Source: Candidatus Latescibacterota bacterium
Lineage (GTDB): Bacteria; Krumholzibacteriota; Krumholzibacteriia; WVZY01; JAKEHA01
Assembly (NCBI GenBank): GCA_963707635.1
Contig: OY970173.1
Location: 3,139,432 to 3,203,431 of the forward strand
Length of the DNA stretch: 64,000 nt
Direction of reading: 5' to 3'
Both the position numbers and the translations under genes were made by a program. The notes under the pieces were generated by a model. It saw nothing but the letters and a program-made list of their open reading frames with translations. It was not told the DNA's origin and ran no database searches. Numbering within the stretch: position 1 is the stretch's first letter; each line of letters starts with the position of its first letter. Positions 30,637-41,981 of this stretch are shown piece after piece.

Positions 30637-31143
30637 ATGTTGAGCAAGAAGATGGAAACGGCGATCAACCACCAGATCAACCTCGAGATTCAGTCCGCCC
30701 TGCAGTACCTGCAGATGTCGGCTTTCTTTTCGCAGGAAAACCTGAACGGATTCGCCCACTGGATGCGGATCCAGTACCAGGAGGAACTCGTCCACGCGAA
30801 CAAGCTTTTCGACTACGTGCTCCGGCGCGACGGCAACGTGGCGATCGACGCCATCGCGGCGCCGCCGAAGACGTGGAAGTCGGCGCTGGCCGCATGCCAG
30901 GGCGGCTACCAGGCCGAGGTCAACAACACCAAGCAGATCAACAGCCTCATGGACCAGGCCATCAAGGAGAACGACCACGCCACGCGTGTGATTCTGGAGT
31001 GGTTCGTGGAGGAACAGGTGGAGGAGGAAAACAGCGCACTCAACCTGATCGAACAACTCAAGCTGGCCGGCGCCGAACCCGGCGCCATTCTGCTGCTGGA
31101 CCGCGAGCTGGGCGGTCGCCAGCCCGACGCGCCTGCGGAGTAA
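30637..31143 (+). CDS. ftnA: Non-heme ferritin
   Basis: QINLE..S...Y, QYQEELVH, EWFVEEQVEEE ferroxidase residues; GGAGGA RBS; upstream TTGCCG-17-TATGCT. Confidence 0.9.
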   Translation: MLSKKMETAINHQINLEIQSALQYLQMSAFFSQENLNGFAHWMRIQYQEELVHANKLFDYVLRRDGNVAIDAIAAPPKTWKSALAACQGGYQAEVNNTKQINSLMDQAIKENDHATRVILEWFVEEQVEEENSALNLIEQLKLAGAEPGAILLLDRELGGRQPDAPAE

Positions 31144-31169
31144 TCTTGCAGGAGATATATCGGACTCCG

Positions 31170-31337
31170 CGCTCACCGCTCGCGCGCACATGTTGGTACG
31201 CGCGACTCGCGAGATCGCGCTTCGCCCGACATATCGCCTGCTAAGGGCGTGACGCAGTTCCTTCGGAGCGAATCCGCAGCGCGCTTTCAACAGTCGCGCG
31301 CGAGGACCTGAGCGAAGAAGGAAGCTGTGTCACGCCC
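31170..31337. repeat. Two interleaved inverted repeats between convergent genes
   Basis: 31170-31195 pairs with 31288-31314, and 31245-31264 pairs with 31317-31337. Confidence 0.6.
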
Positions 31338-31345
31338 CGTCCACC

Positions 31346-32554
31346 TCAACGCTTCTGGAAGCCCTTCCAGCGCTCTTCGAGCTTCGCGTCCTTCATCGTC
31401 TCCATCAGATAGGCGACGAACTCGGTCCCGGTGGCGCCCGTATTGCGTCCTGTGATCGATAGCTTCTTCTCGAAACTTCCACAGATATCCAGCGCCATTT
31501 CCAGCCGCGCGGCGCGGTCTTCGAAGCCGATATGCCGGAGCATCATGGCACCCGCGCGAATCATGCTGGCCGGGTCCGCGTACTGTACGCGCCCCTCGTC
31601 CACCATGCGCGGCGCGGAGCCATGGATCGCTTCGAACATCGCGTAGCGCTTGCCGATGTTCGCACTCCCGGCCGTCCCGACGCCCCCCTGGAACTCCGCC
31701 GCCTCGTCGGTAAGGATATCGCCGTAGAGGTTGGGCAGAATGAAGATGCGGAAGTCGCTCCGACGCTTCGGGTCGACGAGCTTCGCCGTCATGATGTCGA
31801 TGTACCAGTCGTCAAACGCGACGTCGGGGTACTCGCGCGCGATGTTCTGCGCGATCGAGAGAAACTTGCCGTCGGTGGTCTTGACCACGTTGGCCTTGGT
31901 GACGGCGGTGACGCGCTTGATGCCGTTCTTCTTCGCGTACTCGAACGCGAGCCGGCAGATACGCTCCGACCCCTGTGAGGTCGTCACCACAAAATCGAAC
32001 GCGAGGTCGTCGTCGACGTTGATCCCGCTCGACCCGAGCACGTACGCGCCCTCGGTGTTCTCCCGGAAGAAGACCCAGTCGATCCCTTCCTTGACCACCT
32101 TGACCGGGCGCACGTTCGCGAACAGGTCGAGGTAGCGCCGCATCGCGACGTTACACGACTCGATGTTCGGCCACGGATCACCCTTGCGCGGCGTCGTGGT
32201 GGGGCCTTTCAAGTGGACGTGGTGCTTGCGAATCTCTTCGAGCACGTCGTCCGGGATGGCGGCGTGCTGCTTCGCGCGATTCTCGATGGTGAGGCCATCG
32301 ATGTCCGTGAACACGACCTTGCCGGACTTGAGCTCGTCCTTGAGCAGCTCGCGGAGCACCGTGACCGAATGCGCCGCGATCGTCGGCCCGATGCCGTCGC
32401 CTCCCAGGATCCCGATCTTGACGCTGGCGAGCTTCTTGTAGTCGACCCAGTCCTCCTCGGACTTCATCCGCTCGATGCGGTCGAGCTGCTGGCGAATGAG
32501 CTTCTCGAAGTGCGTCTTCGCCTTGTCGAGAGCCGACGAATCCCTTGTCTTCAT
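31346..32554 (-). CDS. Isocitrate/isopropylmalate dehydrogenase family protein
   Basis: GDGIGP, KGPTTTP, LDLFANVRP, RENTEG, TKANV, PNLYGDILTD, FEAIHGSAP. Confidence 0.92.
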   Translation of the reverse strand: MKTRDSSALDKAKTHFEKLIRQQLDRIERMKSEEDWVDYKKLASVKIGILGGDGIGPTIAAHSVTVLRELLKDELKSGKVVFTDIDGLTIENRAKQHAAIPDDVLEEIRKHHVHLKGPTTTPRKGDPWPNIESCNVAMRRYLDLFANVRPVKVVKEGIDWVFFRENTEGAYVLGSSGINVDDDLAFDFVVTTSQGSERICRLAFEYAKKNGIKRVTAVTKANVVKTTDGKFLSIAQNIAREYPDVAFDDWYIDIMTAKLVDPKRRSDFRIFILPNLYGDILTDEAAEFQGGVGTAGSANIGKRYAMFEAIHGSAPRMVDEGRVQYADPASMIRAGAMMLRHIGFEDRAARLEMALDICGSFEKKLSITGRNTGATGTEFVAYLMETMKDAKLEERWKGFQKR

Positions 32555-32681
32555 AGCCTCCGTGCCTTCCTGACGCATGATGCCTCCCGTTGATGGCGTG
32601 ATTTCGGACAAGCTTATCTAATTCCGTGCGTGGCGGCAACTGTTTTGAACAGCGGATCCGCGGGCCGATTGAACACGAGCC

Positions 32682-32711
32682 TTGACACCCACACGGCGCG
32701 TCACTTAGTAT
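32682..32711 (+). promoter_or_regulatory. trp operon promoter
   Basis: TTGACA-18 bp-TAGTAT upstream of the leader ORF. Confidence 0.65.
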
Positions 32712-32734
32712 TACTTCAACGAATTCGAGACGAC

Positions 32735-32791
32735 ATGGTCACACGCGCCTATACGAACGTTCGCAACTGCTGGTGGTGCTGCTCCACATAG
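32735..32791 (+). CDS. trpL: trp operon leader peptide MVTRAYTNVRNCWWCCST
   Basis: 18-codon ORF with tandem TGG TGG, immediately upstream of antiterminator/terminator segments and trpE. Not in the ORF track. Confidence 0.85.
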   Translation: MVTRAYTNVRNCWWCCST

Positions 32792-32852
32792 GGGTAGCGG
32801 CGACGTCGTTCTGCGCGGACCAGAGTCCTCCGAACCACAGACTCAAGTTTTG

Positions 32853-32889
32853 AACCCGCTATCCATCCGGATGGCGGGTTTTTTGTTTT
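32853..32889 (+). terminator. trp attenuator terminator hairpin
   Basis: AACCCGCTATCC-ATCC-GGATGGCGGGTT followed by TTTTGTTTT. The 5' arm CCGCTATCC can alternatively pair with GGGTAGCGG (32792-32800). Confidence 0.88.
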
Positions 32890-32913
32890 CGTTGCTGGGA
32901 AGGTGAACGGGCG

Positions 32914-34395
<1,482 letters not shown>

Positions 34396-34400
34396 CATGA

Positions 34401-34424
34401 GCGGGTGGCGCCGACAGGACCCGC
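34401..34424. repeat. Intergenic palindromic element, copy B (minimal)
   Basis: GCGGGT-GG-CGCCG-ACAGG-ACCCGC. Confidence 0.65.
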
Positions 34425-34437
34425 GGGGTAGACTGAC

Positions 34438-35019
34438 ATGCACCTACTGATCGACAACTACGATTCCTTCACCTACAACATCGCGCAGGCGATCGGCGCG
34501 CTCGGTGAAGAGGTGCGCGTGGTGCGCAACGACGCCATCGACGTCGCGCAGGCGCAGGCGCTCTGCCCCGCGTCCCTCATCGTCTCGCCCGGCCCCGGCC
34601 GCCCCGACGACGCCGGCGTCTCCAAGGCATTGATCGCCCACTTCGCACAGTCGATTCCCGTGCTCGGCGTGTGTCTCGGCCACCAGTGTATCGTCGAGGT
34701 ATTCGGCGGCGCGGTCGTGCGCGCCGCGCGCGTCATGCACGGCAAAGTCTCCAGCGTCTACCACGACGGCCGCACCATTTACGACGGGCTGTCCAACCCC
34801 TTCAGCGCTACCCGTTACCACTCCCTCATCGCCGAGGAACGGAGTCTCACCGACCTCCTCGAGATTTCCGCGTACACGTCGGAGGGAGAGGTCATGGGTG
34901 TGCGTCTGAAGGGGCAGCCCGTCGAAGGCGTTCAATTCCACCCGGAGTCGATTCTCACTCCCGAAGGAGTCAAGCTGCTCTCGAACTTCTTCGGGCTCAC
35001 GCGGAGGAAGGCGGCATGA
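34438..35019 (+). CDS. trpG: Anthranilate synthase component II (glutamine amidotransferase)
   Basis: IDNYDSFTYN, SPGPG, GVCLGHQ, RYHSL, QFHPES. Confidence 0.95.
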   Translation: MHLLIDNYDSFTYNIAQAIGALGEEVRVVRNDAIDVAQAQALCPASLIVSPGPGRPDDAGVSKALIAHFAQSIPVLGVCLGHQCIVEVFGGAVVRAARVMHGKVSSVYHDGRTIYDGLSNPFSATRYHSLIAEERSLTDLLEISAYTSEGEVMGVRLKGQPVEGVQFHPESILTPEGVKLLSNFFGLTRRKAA

Positions 35020-35023
35020 TTCG

Positions 35024-35092
35024 GGCGGGTGGCATCGAGACGGGGTCCCCGCGAGGCGAAGCCCGCGGGGTGGCGAGATGACAGGACCCGCC
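35024..35092. repeat. Intergenic palindromic element, copy C (overlaps the trpD start)
   Basis: GGCGGGT-GG-CATC...GATG-ACAGG-ACCCGCC with an internal CCCCGCG/CGCGGGG hairpin capped by GAA. Confidence 0.65.
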
Positions 35093-36106
35093 GTCCTCGA
35101 GCGCCTCATCCGGCGCGAGAGCCTCCCGCGCGAGGAGGCGTTTTCTCTAATGAACGCCATCATGTCGGGCGAGCTGACCGACGTCCAGATCGCCGGCGTG
35201 GTGATCGCGCTGCGCGCCAAGGGCGAAACGGTCGACGAGATCGCGGGGTTCGTCTCGGCGCTGCGCGAGCGGGCGGTACGCGTGACGCCTTCGCGCGACG
35301 GCCTCGTCGACACGTGCGGGACCGGCGGCGACGGCACCCATACGTTCAATATTTCGACCGCCGCCGCGTTCGTCGCGGCCGGCGCCGGCGTGGGCATCGC
35401 GAAGCACGGCAACCGCGCGCTCTCGTCGCAGTGCGGGAGCTCCGACGTGCTGGAAGCGCTGGGAGTCAAGACCGTGGCACCGGAGCGCGTCGCGGAAGTC
35501 ATCGACCGCGCCGGTATCGGCTTCATGTTCGCGCCCGCGCACCATCCGGCGCTCAAGCACGCGGCCAACGTGCGCCGCGAGCTGGGAGTTCGCACCGTGT
35601 TCAACCTGATCGGTCCGATGGCCAACCCGGCGTTCGTGCGCCGGCAGCTCGTGGGCGTGTTCGACGGCGCGCTCACCGAGACGGTTGCCCGCGTGCTCGC
35701 CTCGCTTGGATCCGAGAAGGTCTATGTCGTGCACGGGTCGGACGGGAGCGACGAGGTGACGATTACCGGCTCGACGCGCGTCACGGCACTGAACGATGGC
35801 CGCGTCGACACCTTCACCTTCGAGCCGGAGGCGGTCGGTTTGCAGCGCGCCGCCAAAGGAGCGCTCACGGGCGGCGCCCCGGAGGAAAACGCCTCGGCGA
35901 TTCTCTCCATTCTAGATGGCGCACGCGGGCCGAAGCGGGACGCGGTGGTGCTCAACGCCGGCTTCGTGATCTCCGCCGCCGGACGCGCCGAGTCGATTCA
36001 GGAGGGCGTGCGCCTCGCGGCCGAGTCGGTGGACAGCGGGCGCGCCCGCGCCGCGCTGGACAACGTGCGCACGATCGCCGGGAGACTCGCGGCGGTCGTG
36101 GGGTAG
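35078..36106 (+). CDS. trpD: Anthranilate phosphoribosyltransferase
   Basis: DTCGTGGDG, FNIST, KHGNRALSS, RTVFNLIGP. Confidence 0.95.
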   Translation: MTGPAVLERLIRRESLPREEAFSLMNAIMSGELTDVQIAGVVIALRAKGETVDEIAGFVSALRERAVRVTPSRDGLVDTCGTGGDGTHTFNISTAAAFVAAGAGVGIAKHGNRALSSQCGSSDVLEALGVKTVAPERVAEVIDRAGIGFMFAPAHHPALKHAANVRRELGVRTVFNLIGPMANPAFVRRQLVGVFDGALTETVARVLASLGSEKVYVVHGSDGSDEVTITGSTRVTALNDGRVDTFTFEPEAVGLQRAAKGALTGGAPEENASAILSILDGARGPKRDAVVLNAGFVISAAGRAESIQEGVRLAAESVDSGRARAALDNVRTIAGRLAAVVG

Positions 36107-36119
36107 AAGGGTTCACGCC

Positions 36120-36920
36120 ATGGGCTTTCTCGACACGGTAGTGAACGACAAGCGGCGCGAAGTCGCGGCCAAACGCGCCGCGCGTCCACTCGCGCAGCTG
36201 CGCGCCGAAACGGACTCGTCCGACGTGCGCGACTTCCATGCGGCGGTCTCGCGTCCGGGTGCGGTCATCGCGGAGCTCAAGGCGCGCACGCCGACCGTCG
36301 AGTCGTTCGCGCAGTCGCGCTCGCTTCCCGCGGTGGCGGAGGCGTACGCGCGCGGCGGCGCGGCGGCGATCAGCATCGTGACCGACGCGGCGCGCTTCGG
36401 CACCGCGCTGGCAGACGTCCGCCCGACGCGCGAGCGCGTGCCGCTGCCGGTCATCGCCAAGGATTTCGTGATCGACCCCTACCAGGTGGTCGAAGCGCGC
36501 GCGGCCGGCGCCGACGCCGTGCTCCTGATCGTCCGGCTGCTGGACCTGGACGAGTTGCGCGCACTGCTCGGCCTCGCCGGCGAGCTGGGCATGGCGGCGC
36601 TGGTCGAGACGCACAGCGAGTCGGAAATACTCGCCGCGCTCGCGGCGGGCGCGCCGATTATCGGCATCAACAACCGCGACCTCGACACCATGACGGTTTC
36701 GCTCGACACGACGCGGCGCCTCGCGCACCTCGTGCCGCGCGACGTCGTGCTGATCTCGGAGAGCGGAATCGGCTCGCGCGACGACATCGACGACCTCGCC
36801 TCCCACGGCGTCGGCGCATTCCTGGTCGGCGGGAGCCTGCTCGCGGCGGGCGACCCGGAGGCGAAGCTGCGCGAGCTGACGCGGCGAACCGATCCGCTGG
36901 GAGAAAGGGCGCGCCGATGA
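36120..36920 (+). CDS. trpC: Indole-3-glycerol phosphate synthase
   Basis: IAELK, KDFVIDPYQ, GADAVLLI, GINNRDL, SESGI, LVGGSL. Confidence 0.92.
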   Translation: MGFLDTVVNDKRREVAAKRAARPLAQLRAETDSSDVRDFHAAVSRPGAVIAELKARTPTVESFAQSRSLPAVAEAYARGGAAAISIVTDAARFGTALADVRPTRERVPLPVIAKDFVIDPYQVVEARAAGADAVLLIVRLLDLDELRALLGLAGELGMAALVETHSESEILAALAAGAPIIGINNRDLDTMTVSLDTTRRLAHLVPRDVVLISESGIGSRDDIDDLASHGVGAFLVGGSLLAAGDPEAKLRELTRRTDPLGERARR

Positions 36921-37555
36921 AGCCGCGCGTCAAGATCTGCGGCATCACGAGCCCCGACGATGCCCGCACCGCGCTCTCGGCCGGGGCGGACTACCTCGGC
37001 GTGATCTTCGCCGAGAGCCCGCGGCAGGTGGACCTCGCGCGCGCGCAGGAGATCCGCGCCGCTGTCCCCGGAGCGACACTGGTCGGCGTGTTCCGGGATC
37101 AACCGGTCGACGACGTGGTCCGTCTGGTCGCCGCTTCGGGCGTCAACCTCGTGCAACTCCACGGGCGCGAATCGCCTGCCTACTGTGACGACGTCCGCGC
37201 GCGCACCGGCAAGCCCGTGATCAAGGCGTTCAGGTCCAAGCGCATCCCCGAGACCAGCGAGCTGGCGGCATACCGGACGACGTCGTACTTTCTGTTCGAC
37301 ATTGCTCCATCGGTGGCGATGACGGACGCCGGCAACGCCGACGCGTCGCCGGAGCAGATCTGGGACGAGGTGTCGAAGGCGCGACACCAGGGCTTCCGTG
37401 TTTTTCTGGCGGGTGCCCTCGACCCGTCGAACGTGCGCCGCGCGGTTCTTCATTCACACGCCTTCGCCGTCGACGTGTGCCGCGGCGTCGAGCGCGCGCC
37501 CGGCGTGAAGGACCCGGACTCGATCACCCGCTTCATCGCGGAGGCGCGCTCATGA
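36917..37555 (+). CDS. trpF: Phosphoribosylanthranilate isomerase
   Basis: [32 protein letters not shown]. Confidence 0.9.
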   Translation: MKPRVKICGITSPDDARTALSAGADYLGVIFAESPRQVDLARAQEIRAAVPGATLVGVFRDQPVDDVVRLVAASGVNLVQLHGRESPAYCDDVRARTGKPVIKAFRSKRIPETSELAAYRTTSYFLFDIAPSVAMTDAGNADASPEQIWDEVSKARHQGFRVFLAGALDPSNVRRAVLHSHAFAVDVCRGVERAPGVKDPDSITRFIAEARS

Positions 37556-38718
37556 GCGGCGGCCGCTTCGGCGCATACGGCGGCCAGTTCGTACCCGAGA
37601 CGTTGATGCCGTGCCTGATCGAGCTGGAGGCGGCGTACGAAGCGGCGCGTCTGGACCCGGCCTTCACCGCTGAAATGAACGAGCTGCTCGCGCGCTACGT
37701 CGGCCGCCCCACGCCGCTCTATCACGCCGCGCGCTTTTCCGAAACGCTCGCCAGCGGGGCGCGCGTGTATTTGAAGCGCGAGGACCTGAACCACACCGGC
37801 GCGCACAAGATCAACAACTGCGTCGGCCAGGCGCTCCTCGCCCGCCGTATGGGCAAGACCCGGATCGTCGCCGAGACCGGCGCCGGGCAGCACGGCGTGG
37901 CGACCGCCACCGTCGCCGCGCTCTTCGGCATGCATTGCACCGTCTACATGGGCGAAGTCGACATGGCGCGCCAGCGCCCGAACGTGCTGCGCATGCGCCT
38001 GCTGGGTGCGACGGTGACACCGGTCGCGTCGGGCACGCGCACGCTCAAGGACGCCACCAACGAAACCATTCGCGACTGGGTGGCCACCGTGCGCGACACC
38101 CACTACATCATCGGATCCACCGTGGGACCGCACCCGTACCCGACCATCGTCCGCGATTTTCAGTCGGTGATCGGCCGCGAGACCCGCGCGCAGATTCTGG
38201 CCCTCGAAGGGCGCCTCCCCACCGACGTGGTCGCGTGCGTCGGCGGTGGCTCCAACGCGCTGGGGATTTTCACCGCGTTTCTCGACGACCGCGACGTGCG
38301 GCTCTTTGGCGTGGAGGCGGGCGGATCCGCGCACGGACACGCGGCGACGCTGTCCGAAGGACGCCCGGGTGTCCTGCACGGCGCCTACAGCTATCTCCTC
38401 CAGGACGACGCGGGCCAGGTGAGCCCGGCCCACTCGATCGCCGCCGGGCTCGACTACCCCGGCGTCGGTCCCCAGCACAGCGCGCTCAAGGACGCGGGCC
38501 GCGTGACCTACGAGCGCGTGGACGACGACGAGGCGCTCGCGGCGTTTCAGACGCTGGCGCGAACCGAAGGAATCCTCCCCGCGCTGGAACCGTCCCACGC
38601 GCTGGCCTTCGTTCTTCGCCGCTTCGCCGGCGCGCGCCGCGAGCGCGACCTCGTCGTCGTCAATCTTTCCGGCCGCGGCGACAAGGACCTGGAGACCATC
38701 GAGGAACGGCTACGATGA
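37552..38718 (+). CDS. trpB: Tryptophan synthase beta chain
   Basis: [49 protein letters not shown]. Confidence 0.97.
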   Translation: MSGGRFGAYGGQFVPETLMPCLIELEAAYEAARLDPAFTAEMNELLARYVGRPTPLYHAARFSETLASGARVYLKREDLNHTGAHKINNCVGQALLARRMGKTRIVAETGAGQHGVATATVAALFGMHCTVYMGEVDMARQRPNVLRMRLLGATVTPVASGTRTLKDATNETIRDWVATVRDTHYIIGSTVGPHPYPTIVRDFQSVIGRETRAQILALEGRLPTDVVACVGGGSNALGIFTAFLDDRDVRLFGVEAGGSAHGHAATLSEGRPGVLHGAYSYLLQDDAGQVSPAHSIAAGLDYPGVGPQHSALKDAGRVTYERVDDDEALAAFQTLARTEGILPALEPSHALAFVLRRFAGARRERDLVVVNLSGRGDKDLETIEERLR

Positions 38719-39514
38719 CCCGCCTCGCAGAACACACCGAGGGGCTGCGCGCGCGGGGCCGCAAGGCGCTGGTCGCGTACCTCACCGCCGGGTATCCGAC
38801 CCGCGCGGTTTTTCCGGAGCTGGTGCGCGCCGCGGCCGACGCGGGCGCCGACGTGATCGAGATCGGCGTTCCGTTCTCGGACCCGATCGCGGACGGACCG
38901 GTGATCCAGAACGCGTCCGTTGTGGCTCTATCCAACGGAACCACGCTCCAGAGCGCGCTGGACGACGCGGCGCGATTGTCGCGCGAGGTGAAGGCACCTC
39001 TCGTCGTCATGAGCTATATCAATCCAATCCTGCGCCTCGGCGTCGAGAAGTTTGCGCGCGACGCGCAGCGCGCGGGAATCGCCGGCGTCGTGCTCCCGGA
39101 CGTGTCGTTCGAGGAATCGGGCGCGTTTCGGGCGCCGGTTCACGACGCCGGCCTCGCCTACATCGACCTGGTCGCTCCGACCTCGGACGACGCGCGCGTG
39201 CGCACGATCGCGCCGGCGTCGGACGGCTTCGTGTACGTGGTGTCGCTCACCGGTGTGACGGGAACGCGCGAGGCCGTCGCCGCCGACCTCCCCGCGCTGG
39301 TCGCGCGGGTGCGCGCGCACGCGCGAGCGCCGGTCTACGTCGGCTTCGGCGTGTCGAGCGGCGGCGCAGGCGGCGGATGTCGCCGGCCTCGCGGACGGCG
39401 TGATCATCGGCAGCCGGCTCATGCGGCTGGCGGGCGACGGGACCGCGGAAGGGCGCGGCGGCCCGGGTGGGCGAGTTTCTCGCGGGCGTGCGGCGCGAGT
39501 TGGACCGGACCTAG
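38715..39514 (+). CDS. trpA: Tryptophan synthase alpha chain (two frameshifts, near 39362 and 39452)
   Basis: [33 protein letters not shown]. Shifted frames supply ADGVIIGS and a C-terminus ending in TAG at 39514. Confidence 0.9.
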
Positions 39515-39528
39515 TTTCGTGGTACTAT
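39500..39528 (+). promoter_or_regulatory. Putative internal promoter for the aro genes
   Basis: TTGGAC-17 bp-TACTAT with extended -10 (TG-n-TACTAT), 66 bp upstream of the DAHP synthase ATG. Confidence 0.5.
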
Positions 39529-39594
39529 GGCGGCCCAATGCGCACGAATCGCGCGCGGCCGCGTTTGCATCGACCAGTCAGGAGACCAATCAGC

Positions 39595-40620
39595 ATGATC
39601 GTCGTGATGAAGGCGGACGCCACCATGTCCGACATCTCGGGCGTGATCAAGTCGCTCGAGGCGATGGGCTTCAAGCCGCACCCGGCGCGCGGCGCCGATC
39701 GCACCATCATCGGCATCGCGGACGCGCGCGAGGGCGTGGACTTCAGCCAGCTCGAGGGCGCGACCGGAGTCGAGCAGGTCATCCCGATCACCCGGGCCTA
39801 CAAGATGGTGAGCCGCGAGTTCAAGCCGGAGAACACGGTCGTGAACGTCAACGGGGTGGCGGTAGGCGGAGATAAGTTCGTGGTGATGGCGGGGCCGTGC
39901 GCGGTCGAAAATCGCGAGCAGGTATTGACCGCCGCGCGCGCGGTGAAGGAAGGCGGCGCCTGTATCCTCCGCGGCGGGGCGTTCAAGCCGCGCACGTCGC
40001 CGTACAGCTTTCAGGGCCTCGGCGAGGAGGGGCTCAAGATCCTGCTCGCCGCCAAGCGCGAGACCGGGCTGCCTATCGTGACCGAAGTCATCTCGCCCGA
40101 GCTGGTGCCGCTGGTCAGCGAGTACGCCGACATCCTCCAGATCGGCGCGCGCAACATGCAGAACTATGCGCTGCTCGAGGCGGTCGGCAAGGTTCGTAAG
40201 CCCGTGCTCCTCAAGCGCGGCATGATGTCCACCATCGAAGAGCTGCTGATGGCGGCGGAGTACGTGCTCTCCAACGGCAACCAGCAGGTGATTCTCTGCG
40301 AGCGGGGGATCCGCACGTTCGAAAAGGCGACCCGCAACACGCTCGACATCTCCGCGGTCCCCGTCATCAAGCGCAACTCGCACCTCCCGATCATCGTCGA
40401 CCCCAGCCACGCGGCCGGGCACACCGAGTTCGTGGTTCCGCTCGCACTCGCCGCGGTGGCGGCCGGCGCCGACGGCATTATCGTCGAAGTCCACCCGTGC
40501 CCCGAAACGGCGTGGTGCGACGGCGTGCAGAGCCTCTCGCTCGAGATGTTCTCCGAGATGATGACGGGCATCCGCGCCGTCGCGTCCGCCATGGGACGCC
40601 CACTTCACCGCGCCCAGTAG
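39595..40620 (+). CDS. aroF: DAHP synthase, type I-beta with N-terminal ferredoxin-like regulatory domain
   Basis: [52 protein letters not shown]. Confidence 0.95.
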   Translation: MIVVMKADATMSDISGVIKSLEAMGFKPHPARGADRTIIGIADAREGVDFSQLEGATGVEQVIPITRAYKMVSREFKPENTVVNVNGVAVGGDKFVVMAGPCAVENREQVLTAARAVKEGGACILRGGAFKPRTSPYSFQGLGEEGLKILLAAKRETGLPIVTEVISPELVPLVSEYADILQIGARNMQNYALLEAVGKVRKPVLLKRGMMSTIEELLMAAEYVLSNGNQQVILCERGIRTFEKATRNTLDISAVPVIKRNSHLPIIVDPSHAAGHTEFVVPLALAAVAAGADGIIVEVHPCPETAWCDGVQSLSLEMFSEMMTGIRAVASAMGRPLHRAQ

Positions 40621-40697
40621 GCGCCCGTCAGCCGCGCGCCCGGGGGCGCGCTTCGATGCGGAGCCGATGGCATGAGCCCCGGCGGGGGCTGGACGCA

Positions 40698-41975
40698 ATG
40701 AAACACGTGGTCGAAAGAATCACCCGCCTCGAAGGCTCGCTCAAGGTTCCCGGCGACAAGTCGATTTCGCACCGCGCGCTGATCCTGGGCGCGGCGGCGC
40801 GCGGGCGGCAGGTCATCGACGGGCTCTCCGACGCCGCCGACGTGGCCTCGAGCATCGCGGCGCTGCGCGCGATGGGGTGCTTCGTCGAATCGATGCCGGA
40901 CGGCCGCACGCTGGTGCTCGCGAGCTCCCTCGTCCCCGACTACGAAGTCGACGCCGGCAACTCGGGCACTACCGCGCGGCTCGTGGCCGGGCTGGCCGCC
41001 GCGCGCGCGCACCGCTGCCGCATCGACGGCGACGCCTCGCTTCGCCGTCGCCCGATGGCGCGGGTCGCGGAGCCGCTGGCACGGATGGGCGCGCGGGTGG
41101 TGCTCGCCAACGGCGGAACGCTTCCCGCCACGATCGAAGGCGGAGCGCTCCACGGGATTCGCTACGAGATGCCGGTGCCGAGTGCCCAGGTGAAGTCCGC
41201 CGTCCTGATCGCCGGGCTCTTCGCCGACGGCGAGACGACCGTGGTCGAAGCCACCCCCACGCGCGATCACACCGAAATCATGATGACCGCGATGGGTGCC
41301 AACCTGGCGCGCGGCGACGGCGCCGTCACCGTGCGTGGTGCAAGCCGGCTCGAGGGCGTGCACGTGGTGGTCCCCGGCGATTTTTCGTCCGCCGCCTTTT
41401 TCATTGTGGCGGCATTGCTCGTGCCCGGGTCGCGCGTGCACCTGCCGTTCACCGGCGTCAACCCGCGCCGCACCGGCCTGCTGCGGGTGCTGGAGTCGAT
41501 GGGTGGCACGGTCAGCGTCGACGCCGTTCACGACGGCGCGGCGGATCCGACGGGCGACCTGACGGCAATGTTTTCAAAGAACCTGCACGGGGTCACGGTC
41601 GACGACCCGGCCACGGTCGCGTCGATCATCGACGAGATTCCCATCCTGGCCGTGGCGGCCACACAGGCAAGCGGACAGACCGTGATTCGCGGCGCCGGCG
41701 AGCTGCGGCACAAGGAGTCCGATCGCATCGCGAGCCTGGCCGCCAACCTGCGCGCGCTGGGCGCGCGCGTGGAGGAGCTCGACGACGGGCTCGCCATCGA
41801 CGGGCCGGCGCGGCTGCGCGGCGCGGCGGTCTCGTCGTTCGGGGACCACCGCATCGCGATGGCGATGGCGATCGCGGGCCTGGTGGCGGACGGGCGGACC
41901 GAGATCGACGACGCCGGCGTCGTCGGCATCTCTTACCCGCGCTTCTTCGCGGACCTGAAGACCCTCGCACGGTAG
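40698..41975 (+). CDS. aroA: EPSP synthase
   Basis: PGDKSISHR, DAGNSGTT, RRPM, SAQVKSA, RDHTE, LRHKESDR, DHRIAM. Confidence 0.96.
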   Translation: MKHVVERITRLEGSLKVPGDKSISHRALILGAAARGRQVIDGLSDAADVASSIAALRAMGCFVESMPDGRTLVLASSLVPDYEVDAGNSGTTARLVAGLAAARAHRCRIDGDASLRRRPMARVAEPLARMGARVVLANGGTLPATIEGGALHGIRYEMPVPSAQVKSAVLIAGLFADGETTVVEATPTRDHTEIMMTAMGANLARGDGAVTVRGASRLEGVHVVVPGDFSSAAFFIVAALLVPGSRVHLPFTGVNPRRTGLLRVLESMGGTVSVDAVHDGAADPTGDLTAMFSKNLHGVTVDDPATVASIIDEIPILAVAATQASGQTVIRGAGELRHKESDRIASLAANLRALGARVEELDDGLAIDGPARLRGAAVSSFGDHRIAMAMAIAGLVADGRTEIDDAGVVGISYPRFFADLKTLAR

Positions 41976-41981
41976 GACTCG

